Of a stretch of 64,000 nucleotides of DNA, positions 19,384-29,452 are shown piece by piece (the first letter of the stretch is position 1; each line of letters starts with the position of its first letter). A program made the position numbers and the translations under genes. Source of the stretch: a virus. The stretch covers positions 13,734-77,733 of the IMG/VR virus record IMGVR_UViG_3300020731_000774; one strand, written 5' to 3'. The notes beneath the pieces were generated by a model. It did no database searches. It had not been told where the DNA came from and was given only the letters and a program-made list of their open reading frames with translations.

Positions 19384-20143
19384 AGCTTTGTTCGTAGGAT
19401 AGCATTAGATTTGTGGTATTATCTTTAATTAGCATAAAATTTTCAAATATACTAAAATCTATATCTTTGCTATCATCTATACATTTTAGGAATCTTTTAT
19501 TTAATATCATTGTTGAATTTCGGTCATCCATTGTATCAAATATATCTAATTCCCAAGCACCAGTTTCTGATATAACTACTTTTCCGTTATTTACATTTAT
19601 ATTGAGTAATTTATCACCATTTATAGATGATAATTTTTTAATATCATTAAAATCTTGTTTATATATGGTAAAATTCCATTTACGATGTCTTAGGTTAAGT
19701 CTATCATTTAATATATCTTTTGTGATATCTCTAATTTCATAGTGTTCACCGGCAACCCAATTAATTTTAAGTTTACCACCTGTTATTTGTATTGTTCTAG
19801 CAACCATTACATTATCATCATCTTGGGATGATTTATGTGTTAAGTTTATAACTACATTATCTGATTCTTTTAAGAAGTTTAAGTTTTTAACAAATTTTTT
19901 AGCATTTAATATAACTACATCGATTGAGTATTCAAGTTCATCAATAATGAAATAGTCATTTGTATCAATTAGATAATTTTTAAATGCTAAAAGCACTGCC
20001 CCACCCAATGTTGAGTACATCATAACATTATCGTTATCAATTTTGAGTTTAATAGTATCTGATATATCAGTTAGGTCTGCTAACTTTGATATAAAATCAG
20101 GGAACATATCAGATTTTACTTTTATTTTTGTTTTATTGCTCAT
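19361..20143 (-). CDS. Probable DNA sliding clamp (gp45/PCNA-like)
   Basis: About 260 aa, two repeated alpha/beta domains (FISKLADL..IKLKID; DFNDIKKLS..LNINV), near polB, AAAC-N17-ATATAT upstream of ATG 20143. Confidence 0.5.
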   Translation of the reverse strand: MSNKTKIKVKSDMFPDFISKLADLTDISDTIKLKIDNDNVMMYSTLGGAVLLAFKNYLIDTNDYFIIDELEYSIDVVILNAKKFVKNLNFLKESDNVVINLTHKSSQDDDNVMVARTIQITGGKLKINWVAGEHYEIRDITKDILNDRLNLRHRKWNFTIYKQDFNDIKKLSSINGDKLLNINVNNGKVVISETGAWELDIFDTMDDRNSTMILNKRFLKCIDDSKDIDFSIFENFMLIKDNTTNLMLSYEQSFDESEYE

Positions 20144-20212
20144 ATAATTTAATCTTATAAATAATATATTCAAAAAAGACATTTTTGTTTATTTTATTTT
20201 AATATATAATCT

Positions 20213-20848
20213 ATGATAAAAAAATGGAATAGATATATTTTAGAATTTGTTGATAATTCAAATAGTATGATAGATGCAAAAATGCAGGAAATTAGTGATT
20301 TGGTTAATAGTATTTCACAAAGTCAGGCACAAGCACAGGATCAATCAATATCATCAAATTTGATTTATGAGTGGGAGAATAAAAATGATCATGATTTGAT
20401 TGTTAATTTCACAAAAGATGATTTAGCTATTAAATATGAGTTTAGTATTGATGATCTTTATATAACAAAATATGCGGGTGATAGTATAGATTTTGAAAAA
20501 TCTGTTAAATCGGTTGATGAGGGCTTGGATATTATTGAAAAGGATATTCAATTTATTTTGGGTATATCAGAAAAAAAAATAAATAATGTTATGAAATTTA
20601 AATATTTAAAAGAGTATAAGAACTTTAACAGACATCCTGAGAATAGTTATGATTTGGATCCTAATGATAAGGAGAGAATAAGTCGTAAAGAGATGGAAAA
20701 GAGGTTAATTGATGTTTCATCATTTGATGAGAGCGATTTAAAAGCAATGAGTGATAGTGAGGTTAAAAAACTATATCATGCTATGGAAGTTGATGCAACA
20801 GCTGACAAAGAGGAGGATAAAGAGATAGATAAAGATATTAGAGATTAA
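20213..20848 (+). CDS. Hypothetical late protein
   Basis: TTAATATATA 4 nt upstream; MIKKWNRYILE and internal KYLKEYKNF motifs. Confidence 0.65.
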   Translation: MIKKWNRYILEFVDNSNSMIDAKMQEISDLVNSISQSQAQAQDQSISSNLIYEWENKNDHDLIVNFTKDDLAIKYEFSIDDLYITKYAGDSIDFEKSVKSVDEGLDIIEKDIQFILGISEKKINNVMKFKYLKEYKNFNRHPENSYDLDPNDKERISRKEMEKRLIDVSSFDESDLKAMSDSEVKKLYHAMEVDATADKEEDKEIDKDIRD

Positions 20849-21594
20849 TGAGAAAATTTACTAAAATAATAGAATCACTAGAAAGTGAGATTTATACTGA
20901 TATTAAAAATATATTTATTAATTTGATTGATAATGGATTTGAATTAAAAATTGATCATGCAAAACCTTTCTATTCTATACATCTTACTCGTTATGGTTCT
21001 AAAGATGATAATATGGATTATATGGAATGTATTAATGATATTTACATTGCTAATAAAAGATTATTTGATCTTGGTTTAGATTATTTTAAAGCTGATGAAA
21101 TGATAATAGGTAAGAAAACTAATGATGGAACATATTCTGATATTTTTTTGAGATATAATGATAGTACTTCTGTACCATCAAAGGATGTTCATGGTTGGAA
21201 AGAATTTAAATCATATGTTGAGAATGTTCTAGGTGTTAGTGGAATTGAAGGTAAGTTAAATGATGCAAGTTATTTTAGAATAGATGTTGCTAATGAAAAT
21301 GGTTGGAAAACACCAGAATATTTTGGTTGGCAAATAGATATAGATCGTTCTGTTGATAATGCTGTGGATGTGTTTGTTGCTGAATATCCAGGTTATGAAG
21401 ATTTTCTTAGAGGTATTCTTAAAAGAAGACTTGATTATGATGCTCTTTGGTCTAAACCAAGAAGAAAAGAGTATATAGGCAATGATGAAATAGGTAATCC
21501 ACTTAAATTTGATAAGGAAGGTATTGAAGTAGTTGAGAAGCTTTTGGAAATGGCTAAAAAGTTTCCAAATAAGATTAAAGTTAACAAATTATAA
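20848..21594 (+). CDS. Hypothetical late protein (MRKF..I.ES family)
   Basis: TAATG coupled; N-terminus paralogous to 21594 (IK.IFI.LIDNGF). Confidence 0.65.
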   Translation: MRKFTKIIESLESEIYTDIKNIFINLIDNGFELKIDHAKPFYSIHLTRYGSKDDNMDYMECINDIYIANKRLFDLGLDYFKADEMIIGKKTNDGTYSDIFLRYNDSTSVPSKDVHGWKEFKSYVENVLGVSGIEGKLNDASYFRIDVANENGWKTPEYFGWQIDIDRSVDNAVDVFVAEYPGYEDFLRGILKRRLDYDALWSKPRRKEYIGNDEIGNPLKFDKEGIEVVEKLLEMAKKFPNKIKVNKL

Positions 21595-21992
21595 TGAGAA
21601 AATTTAGTAGAATAGTAGAATCAAATGATCCAAATATAGAAGAGATAAAATGGATTTTTATTGATTTAATTGATAATGGATTTAAGATTGAGATTAAACC
21701 ATATTGGGAAGACGGTATGTTTTATTTATATAATAAAGAAAATCAACATTATGCTGATAAAAATAAAAATGGTTATTTAATAGTAGGTCACGCTGAGAAA
21801 TTGACAGAAGCCAATCCATTTAAAGCTCTTAGAGATTTTCTAAGCATAGAAAAGAGAATGTTAGATTTAGGTTATGAATTAGATGATGATGGTAAAAGTG
21901 CTGATAATTCTCTAATAGAAATTGGTGGTAGATGGGTTAATAACTATCAATTTCGTTTCCCATTTAAAGAAATAAAAAACGACACCAAATAG
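21594..21992 (+). CDS. Hypothetical late protein (MRKF..I.ES family)
   Basis: TAATG coupled; paralog of 20848. Confidence 0.65.
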   Translation: MRKFSRIVESNDPNIEEIKWIFIDLIDNGFKIEIKPYWEDGMFYLYNKENQHYADKNKNGYLIVGHAEKLTEANPFKALRDFLSIEKRMLDLGYELDDDGKSADNSLIEIGGRWVNNYQFRFPFKEIKNDTK

Positions 21993-22005
21993 TGTCGTTT
22001 TTTTT
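21974..22005. terminator. Bidirectional intrinsic terminator
   Basis: AAAAAACGACAC-CAAATA-GTGTCGTTTTTT. Confidence 0.8.
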
Positions 22006-23065
22006 ATTTTAATAATCTATCAAAGTATTCTTTAAATAGATCATGATTTACTGCAACTGATATTCTACTACAATTATCATGTATTCTCATTTTTAATAAT
22101 GAGAAATTATTAATTGGTACACTTGAAATTTTATACTCTAATAATTTCTCATAACCAATACTAATTACTGCAAATGGTCCAATTGGTATGCTTGTATATT
22201 CATTGAACAATAGCCCATTATCAGTTAGATATTTAATATTTTTAGTTATGTGTTCTACTGTTATATTTCTATAATTTGATATTACTTTTTTTTCTTTTAA
22301 CAATTCAGATATTATTATTTGGGGTAAAGTTGATATTGAATTATATTTATAAAGAGATCTTATTTTTAAAGTTTGATATAATCCGTTATTTTTAGTTGAA
22401 ATAAATCCGATTCTATATCCTGATAAACCTATTGATTTTGAAAAAGATGATACTAGAATTACATTATCATATAGAAGTTCAGATATTTCATTACTATTAA
22501 ATAAATGATAGTATGGTAAGTCTAATATAACAGTAATATTATTATCCTTTGTATAATCTATAAAAGTTTTTAATGTTTTAAAATCAGGACAATATCCGGT
22601 TGGATTAGATGGGTAGCACAACATAACAACACCACTTCTAGGTCTGAAATTATCTAGTGAGAAGTCATCAAATGTTTTTATATCCTTATCATGAGTTTTT
22701 AATATTTTATTCCAAGAGCCCCAGTGGAAATTTGGAATCCAAAATATATTATTATCAAGTGAGTTTATAATTAGATCTAATGCAGCCATTCCACCAGGTG
22801 TTATAATTATATTATCTTTTATATCAAAGTCCTCTCTAATGGCTTCTATTAGTTTGGGATGACCATCATTCCCACTATATTGTTGAGTAGTCAAGCTATT
22901 GAGGTCTAAATTAATATTAACTGAATTAATATCAATATTTGTAACATCCATAATACCTCTATGTAATTTAAGATATTTTAGACCTGTTTCATTTTCTAAT
23001 TTTTGTATTTCTTCACCTATTTTAACGATAGATGAATAGGTTACTGTTGCTTTATTTATTCTCAT
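22004..23065 (-). CDS. PLP-dependent aminotransferase, class I/II
   Basis: ITPGG, PSNPTG, DLPY, SFSKSIGLSGYRIG (PLP lysine), C-terminal RIS. Confidence 0.85.
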   Translation of the reverse strand: MRINKATVTYSSIVKIGEEIQKLENETGLKYLKLHRGIMDVTNIDINSVNINLDLNSLTTQQYSGNDGHPKLIEAIREDFDIKDNIIITPGGMAALDLIINSLDNNIFWIPNFHWGSWNKILKTHDKDIKTFDDFSLDNFRPRSGVVMLCYPSNPTGYCPDFKTLKTFIDYTKDNNITVILDLPYYHLFNSNEISELLYDNVILVSSFSKSIGLSGYRIGFISTKNNGLYQTLKIRSLYKYNSISTLPQIIISELLKEKKVISNYRNITVEHITKNIKYLTDNGLLFNEYTSIPIGPFAVISIGYEKLLEYKISSVPINNFSLLKMRIHDNCSRISVAVNHDLFKEYFDRLLK

Positions 23066-23433
23066 AACATATTAGGTATATTTTCATGTATAAATTTTTG
23101 TATTTCTTTTAATTTGGATTGTGTTGTGTTTACATCCAATTGTATTCTCCACTTTTTAGTATCTTCAATAATTTCATCATTTATTTCTTCAACAATTAAT
23201 TCAATTTCTTGCTCATTTATAGGTTCAAATAATGGTTCACCTGGTAAACCATCTTTTCCTATACCTTTTGCTGTAAGCATGTTATCATAACGAAGATACA
23301 TTTCCGAGCCATTAAGTCCTTTCATTAAATATCTACCATCCTCTGTTGGTGTGAATACTTGACCAGCATCATATATTTTAACTTTATCAAAAAAGTCTTC
23401 AACATACCAATCTTCTTTTAATCTAAATTTCAT
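23062..23433 (-). CDS. Hypothetical protein
   Basis: 123 aa, tightly coupled within the operon. Confidence 0.6.
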   Translation of the reverse strand: MKFRLKEDWYVEDFFDKVKIYDAGQVFTPTEDGRYLMKGLNGSEMYLRYDNMLTAKGIGKDGLPGEPLFEPINEQEIELIVEEINDEIIEDTKKWRIQLDVNTTQSKLKEIQKFIHENIPNML

Positions 23434-23435
23434 AT

Positions 23436-23930
23436 TTATCTTCCTAAATAATTTAATAATTCTATCATATTTTTAATAGTAAACCCAAATGCTTCTAGAT
23501 TTTTAACAGTATCTCTTAAAAAGGTTATGTAGCTTTCTATTAGTTCAATACAACGATCGTTCTCAGCTAAATGTGCATCTATTAGTATAGCTTTTTCGCC
23601 TGTATTTGTTTTAACTTGAAACCCGATTGCATAAAAAACAAATTTATCTTGTCTTATTTTTTTAATCTTGGTGGATTCTTTACTTCTTTTATTTAAAAAG
23701 AAATTTATATTTTCATTTATCATTTGTCTGTATGATAGTGCTAATGATTGTGCTTCTAATATTTTTTTCCCGTTAGAAGGATTAGAAAGATCCACTGTTA
23801 ATACTTTGAACAAAGGTTCAACATTATTATTCCATTCGGTTCTTTTATCATTAAAAAATTCTTCTAATTTATCATTAGTTTCTTTTATTTTACTAATTCT
23901 ATCCAGTTCTTCTTGATTATAAAGGTTCAT
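23436..23930 (-). CDS. uvsY: Probable UvsY-like recombination mediator
   Basis: All-helical 164 aa ending FLRDTVKNLEAFGFTIKNMIEL, like the UvsY C-terminal F-x-IKN-x-I signature. Confidence 0.55.
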   Translation of the reverse strand: MNLYNQEELDRISKIKETNDKLEEFFNDKRTEWNNNVEPLFKVLTVDLSNPSNGKKILEAQSLALSYRQMINENINFFLNKRSKESTKIKKIRQDKFVFYAIGFQVKTNTGEKAILIDAHLAENDRCIELIESYITFLRDTVKNLEAFGFTIKNMIELLNYLGR

Positions 23931-24327
23931 TTTTATCTAATATTTTTATCATTTTCCAATCTCTGATGAAATCTTTTTTATATGCATCTGAAAAAGCAGT
24001 ATTGATTAAGTTGTCAAATATTTCACTTTTTTTTGTTTCCAAATAATTTTCTATTTTTTCTGACCAAGTATCAATTAATGTATCATCTTTAAATGTCACT
24101 TCATCATCTTTACTATTACCATAACTTATTTCAATGAATTTAAATTCGCTACTAATGTAGATACTTAATCTATGGAAGTATTTATTTAACCCTTTATCAT
24201 CTTTTTGATCAGGAGTAAAGTATATATAGTAATTTGTATAATTACCACTTACTTCTGCTTTAAGTTCAACTCTATCATCTTCCCTACGTTCAAAGAGAAA
24301 TTCTAATAGTTCTTCAAGTTTTTCCAT
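23917..24327 (-). CDS. Hypothetical protein
   Basis: 136 aa; C-terminal IRDWKMIKIL; AAAC-N15-ATATAA upstream. Confidence 0.6.
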   Translation of the reverse strand: MEKLEELLEFLFERREDDRVELKAEVSGNYTNYYIYFTPDQKDDKGLNKYFHRLSIYISSEFKFIEISYGNSKDDEVTFKDDTLIDTWSEKIENYLETKKSEIFDNLINTAFSDAYKKDFIRDWKMIKILDKNEPL

Positions 24328-24433
24328 ATTAATTTTATATATAGTTATATTGAAAGTTTATTTTTTATAAATTAATTAGGATATTTCAAATTAATATTAT
24401 ATATTTGTTAAACAATCATTAAATATTTACACC

Positions 24434-24835
24434 ATGAAGATCTTCAAAATTAAAACTGATTTAACTAAAGAAAGAGATGAGATATTAACATCAAATTTCA
24501 CTAAAGATGAGGAAGATAGAATATTTAACTTTTTTGAAAATGGTAATAGATCGTATGATATGTTTGATGAAAATGGTCATATGTTTGTTTATTATTTATG
24601 TAATCAAGAAGCTTTAGAATATATAAAATATTTATTTTATAAATATGAAGTTAAATTTGATATAGATGATATAACTAATGATTTCTTAATTGGTAAAATT
24701 GATATTAGTGATAGCCATTTTCAAAATTATTTAATAGAAAATTTAAATGTTGATACAATCCTAGATAAGATTAATGAATTTGGATTTGAATCATTAACAA
24801 ATGTTGATAAAAAAATATTAAGTATTAATAAATGA
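24434..24835 (+). CDS. Hypothetical protein with C-terminal DUF6576-like motif (paralog of 26382)
   Basis: VDTILDKINEFGFESLTNVDKKIL; TATATTTG at 24400-24407. Confidence 0.65.
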   Translation: MKIFKIKTDLTKERDEILTSNFTKDEEDRIFNFFENGNRSYDMFDENGHMFVYYLCNQEALEYIKYLFYKYEVKFDIDDITNDFLIGKIDISDSHFQNYLIENLNVDTILDKINEFGFESLTNVDKKILSINK

Positions 24836-24884
24836 AAAAAAGAGATAAAAATTATCTATTTTTTTCATTTAAATGTTATTTGTT

Positions 24885-25289
24885 TTAATTTGAATCATTG
24901 ACACCACTCTTTCCTTTAACCAAAGTATTATCAATCCATTTTTCACCTTCTTTTACAACTGATTTACATCTATCAAAGTGCACTTTAGCGAATTCATCTT
25001 CTTTAACTGTTTTGTAATCAGCATTTTTATATAAATAAGCATAAACAGTTGGTGCTTGTTTACCTGCATAGTTTATTGCATTTTGTCCATCAAATCCAAA
25101 GCTTGAACCATATTGTTCAAATCGTTTCTTTAAAGATTCTTTAGAAAGTTTACCATCTTGTAATGATTTCCAATTCGTATTGATATCCTTAGACCACTCA
25201 CCATCTTTAGGACCAAACCAACCTTCTTCTATTATTTCATCTTTATAATTAAATGCATCAAAGGTTTTTAAGTATTTAAAATTTTGCAT
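24885..25289 (-). CDS. Hypothetical late protein (paralog of 25976)
   Basis: KYLKTFDAF N-terminus; LKK....Y..SFG...AP.V.A.L shared with 25976. Confidence 0.65.
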   Translation of the reverse strand: MQNFKYLKTFDAFNYKDEIIEEGWFGPKDGEWSKDINTNWKSLQDGKLSKESLKKRFEQYGSSFGFDGQNAINYAGKQAPTVYAYLYKNADYKTVKEDEFAKVHFDRCKSVVKEGEKWIDNTLVKGKSGVNDSN

Positions 25290-25337
25290 AATTTTTTTTA
25301 TTTTTATTATTTATATATTAACTTATAAATATCATTT

Positions 25338-25865
25338 TTATATGTTTTCTTGTGGATTATCACCTTTAAAGTCTTTAAAAGATTTTACTTCTGGTTCTTC
25401 TGAATTAGTAAAATCATCACTTTGTGTACCTGCTAAAAAATCGAAAACTTGTTCTAAGTTCTCACTTGCTACTGATATATGATTAGAAGCCCAATCATGA
25501 TCTTTAAGTAAATCATCTACATTATTTTCATCCATTTCCAACATTTCATCAACTAATCTTTTAATTGTTTTTAAATTACTAAAAAACATATAATTTTCAG
25601 TTTCCATACCTTCATTAGTAGCACCTTCACCTTTTTTCCAACCACCTTTTGCTCTTATAGCAAATATGATTTCACTCATTTTTTCTTTATTCTTTTTAGG
25701 AACATCTTTACCATCTTCTTGGTATTTATCATTTTCTTTTTTAAGATCTGATTTCATTTTTTTAAGTTCTGCTATAGTTTTATCAGCATATTCTCCTGTT
25801 TTTTGAACCTCAACTTCTTTACCTTTCCATTTCTCGTTAAGGGTATTGAATTTTTTTATTATCAT
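25338..25865 (-). CDS. Hypothetical late protein
   Basis: MIIKKFNTLNE N-terminus; TTAATATATA upstream. Confidence 0.65.
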   Translation of the reverse strand: MIIKKFNTLNEKWKGKEVEVQKTGEYADKTIAELKKMKSDLKKENDKYQEDGKDVPKKNKEKMSEIIFAIRAKGGWKKGEGATNEGMETENYMFFSNLKTIKRLVDEMLEMDENNVDDLLKDHDWASNHISVASENLEQVFDFLAGTQSDDFTNSEEPEVKSFKDFKGDNPQENI

Positions 25866-25975
25866 AGTAATTTATTTTATTTTTATTATATATTAATTTT
25901 TATTTTGAAGAAAAAGTTGAAAAAAGTAAGATTTTTAATTAAATATATAGATTATAAAAAAATATTAAAATTAAT

Positions 25976-26347
25976 ATGAAATATTTAAAAAATTTTGAAA
26001 GTTATTCAATAGATACAACTAATGAGGCTTTTTTAGGTGGTTTGAGACCACAAGCTGTTATAAAAGAAATTCTTGCAAATCTTGAAAAAGAAAAAGAAAC
26101 ACTTAAAAAAAAATATAATGATTATGCTGCTAGTTTTGGTGATAGATTTGATGTTGCTAAAAAAAATGCACCAAGTGTAGATGCTTTCTTGGGTGGAAAA
26201 ATAGGAGCAGATGCTGTTAATCCTTCAGATGTTGCAAAGGTAGTTATGAAGGCAAAAATAGTTAAACAAAAAGAGAATGGTGAATGGGAAGATGCTGGTA
26301 AATACGGTGGTCCAGAATCGGGAACTGGTGCTGAAGGAGCTTTTTAA
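25976..26347 (+). CDS. Hypothetical late protein (paralog of 24885)
   Basis: MKYLKNFESY N-terminus. Confidence 0.65.
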   Translation: MKYLKNFESYSIDTTNEAFLGGLRPQAVIKEILANLEKEKETLKKKYNDYAASFGDRFDVAKKNAPSVDAFLGGKIGADAVNPSDVAKVVMKAKIVKQKENGEWEDAGKYGGPESGTGAEGAF

Positions 26348-26351
26348 AAAT

Positions 26352-26378
26352 AAAAAACCATCTTTAAGATGGTTTTTT
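26352..26378. terminator. Bidirectional intrinsic terminator
   Basis: AAAAAACCATCT-TTA-AGATGGTTTTTT. Confidence 0.8.
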
Positions 26379-26381
26379 ATT

Positions 26382-26864
26382 TTATATATCCATTGGATGT
26401 TTTATTTTTTTATCTTGTAAAAATAATTTATCATTTTCACTCAAGCTATCTATTCCATATTTAGATATTTTGTCTAAGATATCATCTTTATCAAGAAAAT
26501 TTTCTCTATATTTATGAAAATCATGTTTCATATTATCCTCTGCAAAGCCATATATAGATGTATCGTGCATTGTATAAAGAATTTCATCAGTTATATCTTG
26601 AATTATTGTATATCCATCACAACCTTCGTGTATTTTGCTATCTAAATACTTAAAAAGTTCTAACCTATCTTCACCGAAGATGATGCCTAGCATCAAATGT
26701 CCATTTTCCCAATGACACACTTTACCATCAAACATATAAAAATTTGAATAAGGATCATTTTCAAATGAATCATATTGTTCAATTTCCGAATTACTTAATC
26801 TTATTAATCCATCAAAGGTATCTTCGTTGGAGAAACTAGATAATATTTTATAAACCCTTTTCAT
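26382..26864 (-). CDS. Hypothetical protein with C-terminal DUF6576-like motif (paralog of 24434)
   Basis: DDILDKISKYGIDSLSENDKLFL; TTTG-N19-TATATTTA upstream. Confidence 0.65.
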   Translation of the reverse strand: MKRVYKILSSFSNEDTFDGLIRLSNSEIEQYDSFENDPYSNFYMFDGKVCHWENGHLMLGIIFGEDRLELFKYLDSKIHEGCDGYTIIQDITDEILYTMHDTSIYGFAEDNMKHDFHKYRENFLDKDDILDKISKYGIDSLSENDKLFLQDKKIKHPMDI

Positions 26865-26929
26865 ATCTTATTTGTTTGTTTTATAAATATACAAATATTT
26901 TTTAAATAAACAAACATTTTTGATATTTA

Positions 26930-27832
26930 TTAAATCTTTTTATCAAAAATATAGAGATCATATATAGTATTTCCTTTTACATTCTTTATACTTTTAAGAA
27001 CTTGACCAGTTATTGAATCTAATACTTTATATACACCTAATTGATTATTTTTATCAGTATTTACTTTAACTGTATTTCCTGGTTGACCTAATGCACCTAA
27101 AACTGCTAGATATTTGTTACCATATACACTTTTAAGAAATGTAATTTTAAGACCAGCAACATCTTTTATATCGTTTATATATGCATTTTCAGCCACTTTG
27201 GTTAAGTCTAATTGACTTTCGGTATCTTTTACTATGATAGATGAAAATTTCTTCTCTGGTGTCCCTAATTCAACTTCTTCTCTAGGTTGTATTTTATTTT
27301 GATTAACAAGTGCTTGTTGATTTCTTCTAATTGCTGCAAAATCAGCTTTAGCTATAATACCACCTCTCATTCCTTTATCATTCATATTATAACCAGCTGG
27401 TGCTAATCTATAAAAAGACCCAGTAAATGTCATTGATAATATTCTATCTGTTCTGAACATTCTCCATATTTTATTAATATGTCTTCTATTAGAAATTGAC
27501 CATCCATTTAGATGCCACCCTCTAAGTAATGTTTTACCCTTAGCTGATCTACCTAAAACCATTGGGTAGATCACTCTCTCATGCCCAGCAAAGTGATCAT
27601 CTTCTGCGCCTTTATAATTTATAAGCATTACCATACCATATTTAATAGCTTTTATCATAACCTCATCAGAATATTTAATAGGTTCATTAATGGGAATATT
27701 TGCAATATCAGTTACATTTTTCAAGGAAAAACGAGGTATAAATTCATTATCTTCCTTAATAGGATAGTACTGTTTTACAACATATTCAACAGGTTTAAGA
27801 TTATAGTATGTTCTTGAATGTGATAAACTCAT
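26930..27832 (-). CDS. WYL-like domain protein
   Basis: INYKG..ERVIYPMVLG..LLRGW..WRMFRTDRI matches the WYL pattern. Confidence 0.6.
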   Translation of the reverse strand: MSLSHSRTYYNLKPVEYVVKQYYPIKEDNEFIPRFSLKNVTDIANIPINEPIKYSDEVMIKAIKYGMVMLINYKGAEDDHFAGHERVIYPMVLGRSAKGKTLLRGWHLNGWSISNRRHINKIWRMFRTDRILSMTFTGSFYRLAPAGYNMNDKGMRGGIIAKADFAAIRRNQQALVNQNKIQPREEVELGTPEKKFSSIIVKDTESQLDLTKVAENAYINDIKDVAGLKITFLKSVYGNKYLAVLGALGQPGNTVKVNTDKNNQLGVYKVLDSITGQVLKSIKNVKGNTIYDLYIFDKKI

Positions 27833-27903
27833 ATTCTATATATTAATTATATATTTTGTATTTTGTAATTTAATATATAATGAAATAAAAATAATTTTAA
27901 ATT

Positions 27904-28656
27904 ATGTCAATTAATAATAGAGAAGATGCTAATAGATATTATCAATTAGTAAATGAATTAGTGGATGATTACATGAACAAGAGTAAAATAAGACCATCTA
28001 ATTTGAAAAGATATTTACAACCAGGATCTGAAAGATTTAATAAATTTATATCAAGAAACAACTTAAAGGATGTAAGTGGTATTGAAAGAGTATTAGAAGA
28101 TGTAATAGATGATAGGGTTAATATGGAGGTTGATGGTGTATTAACTTTTGAGAATTTTAAATATTTCGAATCTGATGAATTTAAAGTAAGTTCACTTAAA
28201 CAATGTTTATATAAAGGTATTGAAAAATCAGATATAAATATGGAAAAAATATTAGCGGATGTATTTGATACTAATATAGGTTCTATTGATATTATTGATA
28301 CCGAAAGACATTTATTTGATATAAATGATTGGAATGGTAAAAATATAGAAGTTCTTATTTATTCTTTAGAAGAATTAAAAGTTATAGAGGGAAATATATT
28401 TGATTATTTATATAATGAACTTTGTAAAAAAGATATTGAATTAACTAGTAATATACGTGTTAAATTATCTGATTTAGTTAAAAGAGATATATTTGAAGAT
28501 AAAATGTATGGTATATTTAAAATAAATGAAGATGGAAATACACCTGATTTTTTGATAAAATTAATATCAGATCTGACTAATATGTCTTATCACAAATCAT
28601 TCAATAATTACTTCATTTGGGTTGAAAACATGCAACATCATGATATATATAAATAA
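27904..28656 (+). CDS. Hypothetical late protein
   Basis: 250 aa; TTAATATATA upstream; internal VLTFENFKYFES. Confidence 0.6.
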   Translation: MSINNREDANRYYQLVNELVDDYMNKSKIRPSNLKRYLQPGSERFNKFISRNNLKDVSGIERVLEDVIDDRVNMEVDGVLTFENFKYFESDEFKVSSLKQCLYKGIEKSDINMEKILADVFDTNIGSIDIIDTERHLFDINDWNGKNIEVLIYSLEELKVIEGNIFDYLYNELCKKDIELTSNIRVKLSDLVKRDIFEDKMYGIFKINEDGNTPDFLIKLISDLTNMSYHKSFNNYFIWVENMQHHDIYK

Positions 28657-28716
28657 TAATTTAGTTTTTCTTAATTTTTCTTAAATAATATATAAAGAAA
28701 AAATTAAGAAAAAATT

Positions 28717-29442
28717 ATGTTATTGAAAAATGGTTCAACAGGAGAAGATGTTAAGAAGCTTCAAGAAAAATTAGGTTTAAACCCAGATGGTTCCTATGGT
28801 TCTGGTACTGAAGGTGCAGTTAAGGAATGGCAATCAAAAAATGGATTAACTCCGGATGGTGTTGTAGGTGATAATACTTGGTCTAAGTTATTTGGTAATG
28901 ATACTGTAAAAAATCCAACGCCTATTAGTAGTGAGTTTAAATTAGAAAATTTAAAAACACATATTCCAGATTCTGTTATAGCACAGATACCTGATACAGC
29001 ATCTAAATTTAATATTACAAATAACTTAAGGTTAGCACATTTCTTAGCACAATGTGCTCATGAGAGTGGTGATTTTAAGTGGGTTGTGGAATTTGCATCA
29101 GGTAAAGCATATGAGGGTCGTAAGGATTTGGGTAATACTGAACCTGGTGATGGTGTTCGTTTTAAAGGACGTGGTTTTATACAATGTACAGGTAGAGTTA
29201 ATTATACGGCATTTTCTAAGTTTATTGGTGAAGATTGTGTAGCTAATCCTGATTTAGTTTCAACAAAATATCCTATGGCATCTGCTGCTTGGTTCTTTGA
29301 TAAGAATAAATTATGGTCAATATGTGATTTGGGATCAAGTGATGATGTTGTAACTAAGGTTACAAGACGTGTAAATGGTGGAACAAATGGTCTTGATTCT
29401 AGATTAGAAAGATTTCATAAATTTTGGGCTTTATTAAAATAG
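28717..29442 (+). CDS. Endolysin: peptidoglycan-binding domain plus GH19 catalytic domain
   Basis: LKNGSTGEDVKKLQ..DG.YG..T..AV..WQ..GL.PDGVVG; FLAQCAHES, FKGRGFIQCTGR.NY, VNGG.NGL. Confidence 0.9.
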   Translation: MLLKNGSTGEDVKKLQEKLGLNPDGSYGSGTEGAVKEWQSKNGLTPDGVVGDNTWSKLFGNDTVKNPTPISSEFKLENLKTHIPDSVIAQIPDTASKFNITNNLRLAHFLAQCAHESGDFKWVVEFASGKAYEGRKDLGNTEPGDGVRFKGRGFIQCTGRVNYTAFSKFIGEDCVANPDLVSTKYPMASAAWFFDKNKLWSICDLGSSDDVVTKVTRRVNGGTNGLDSRLERFHKFWALLK

Positions 29443-29452
29443 TCTAAGACGT

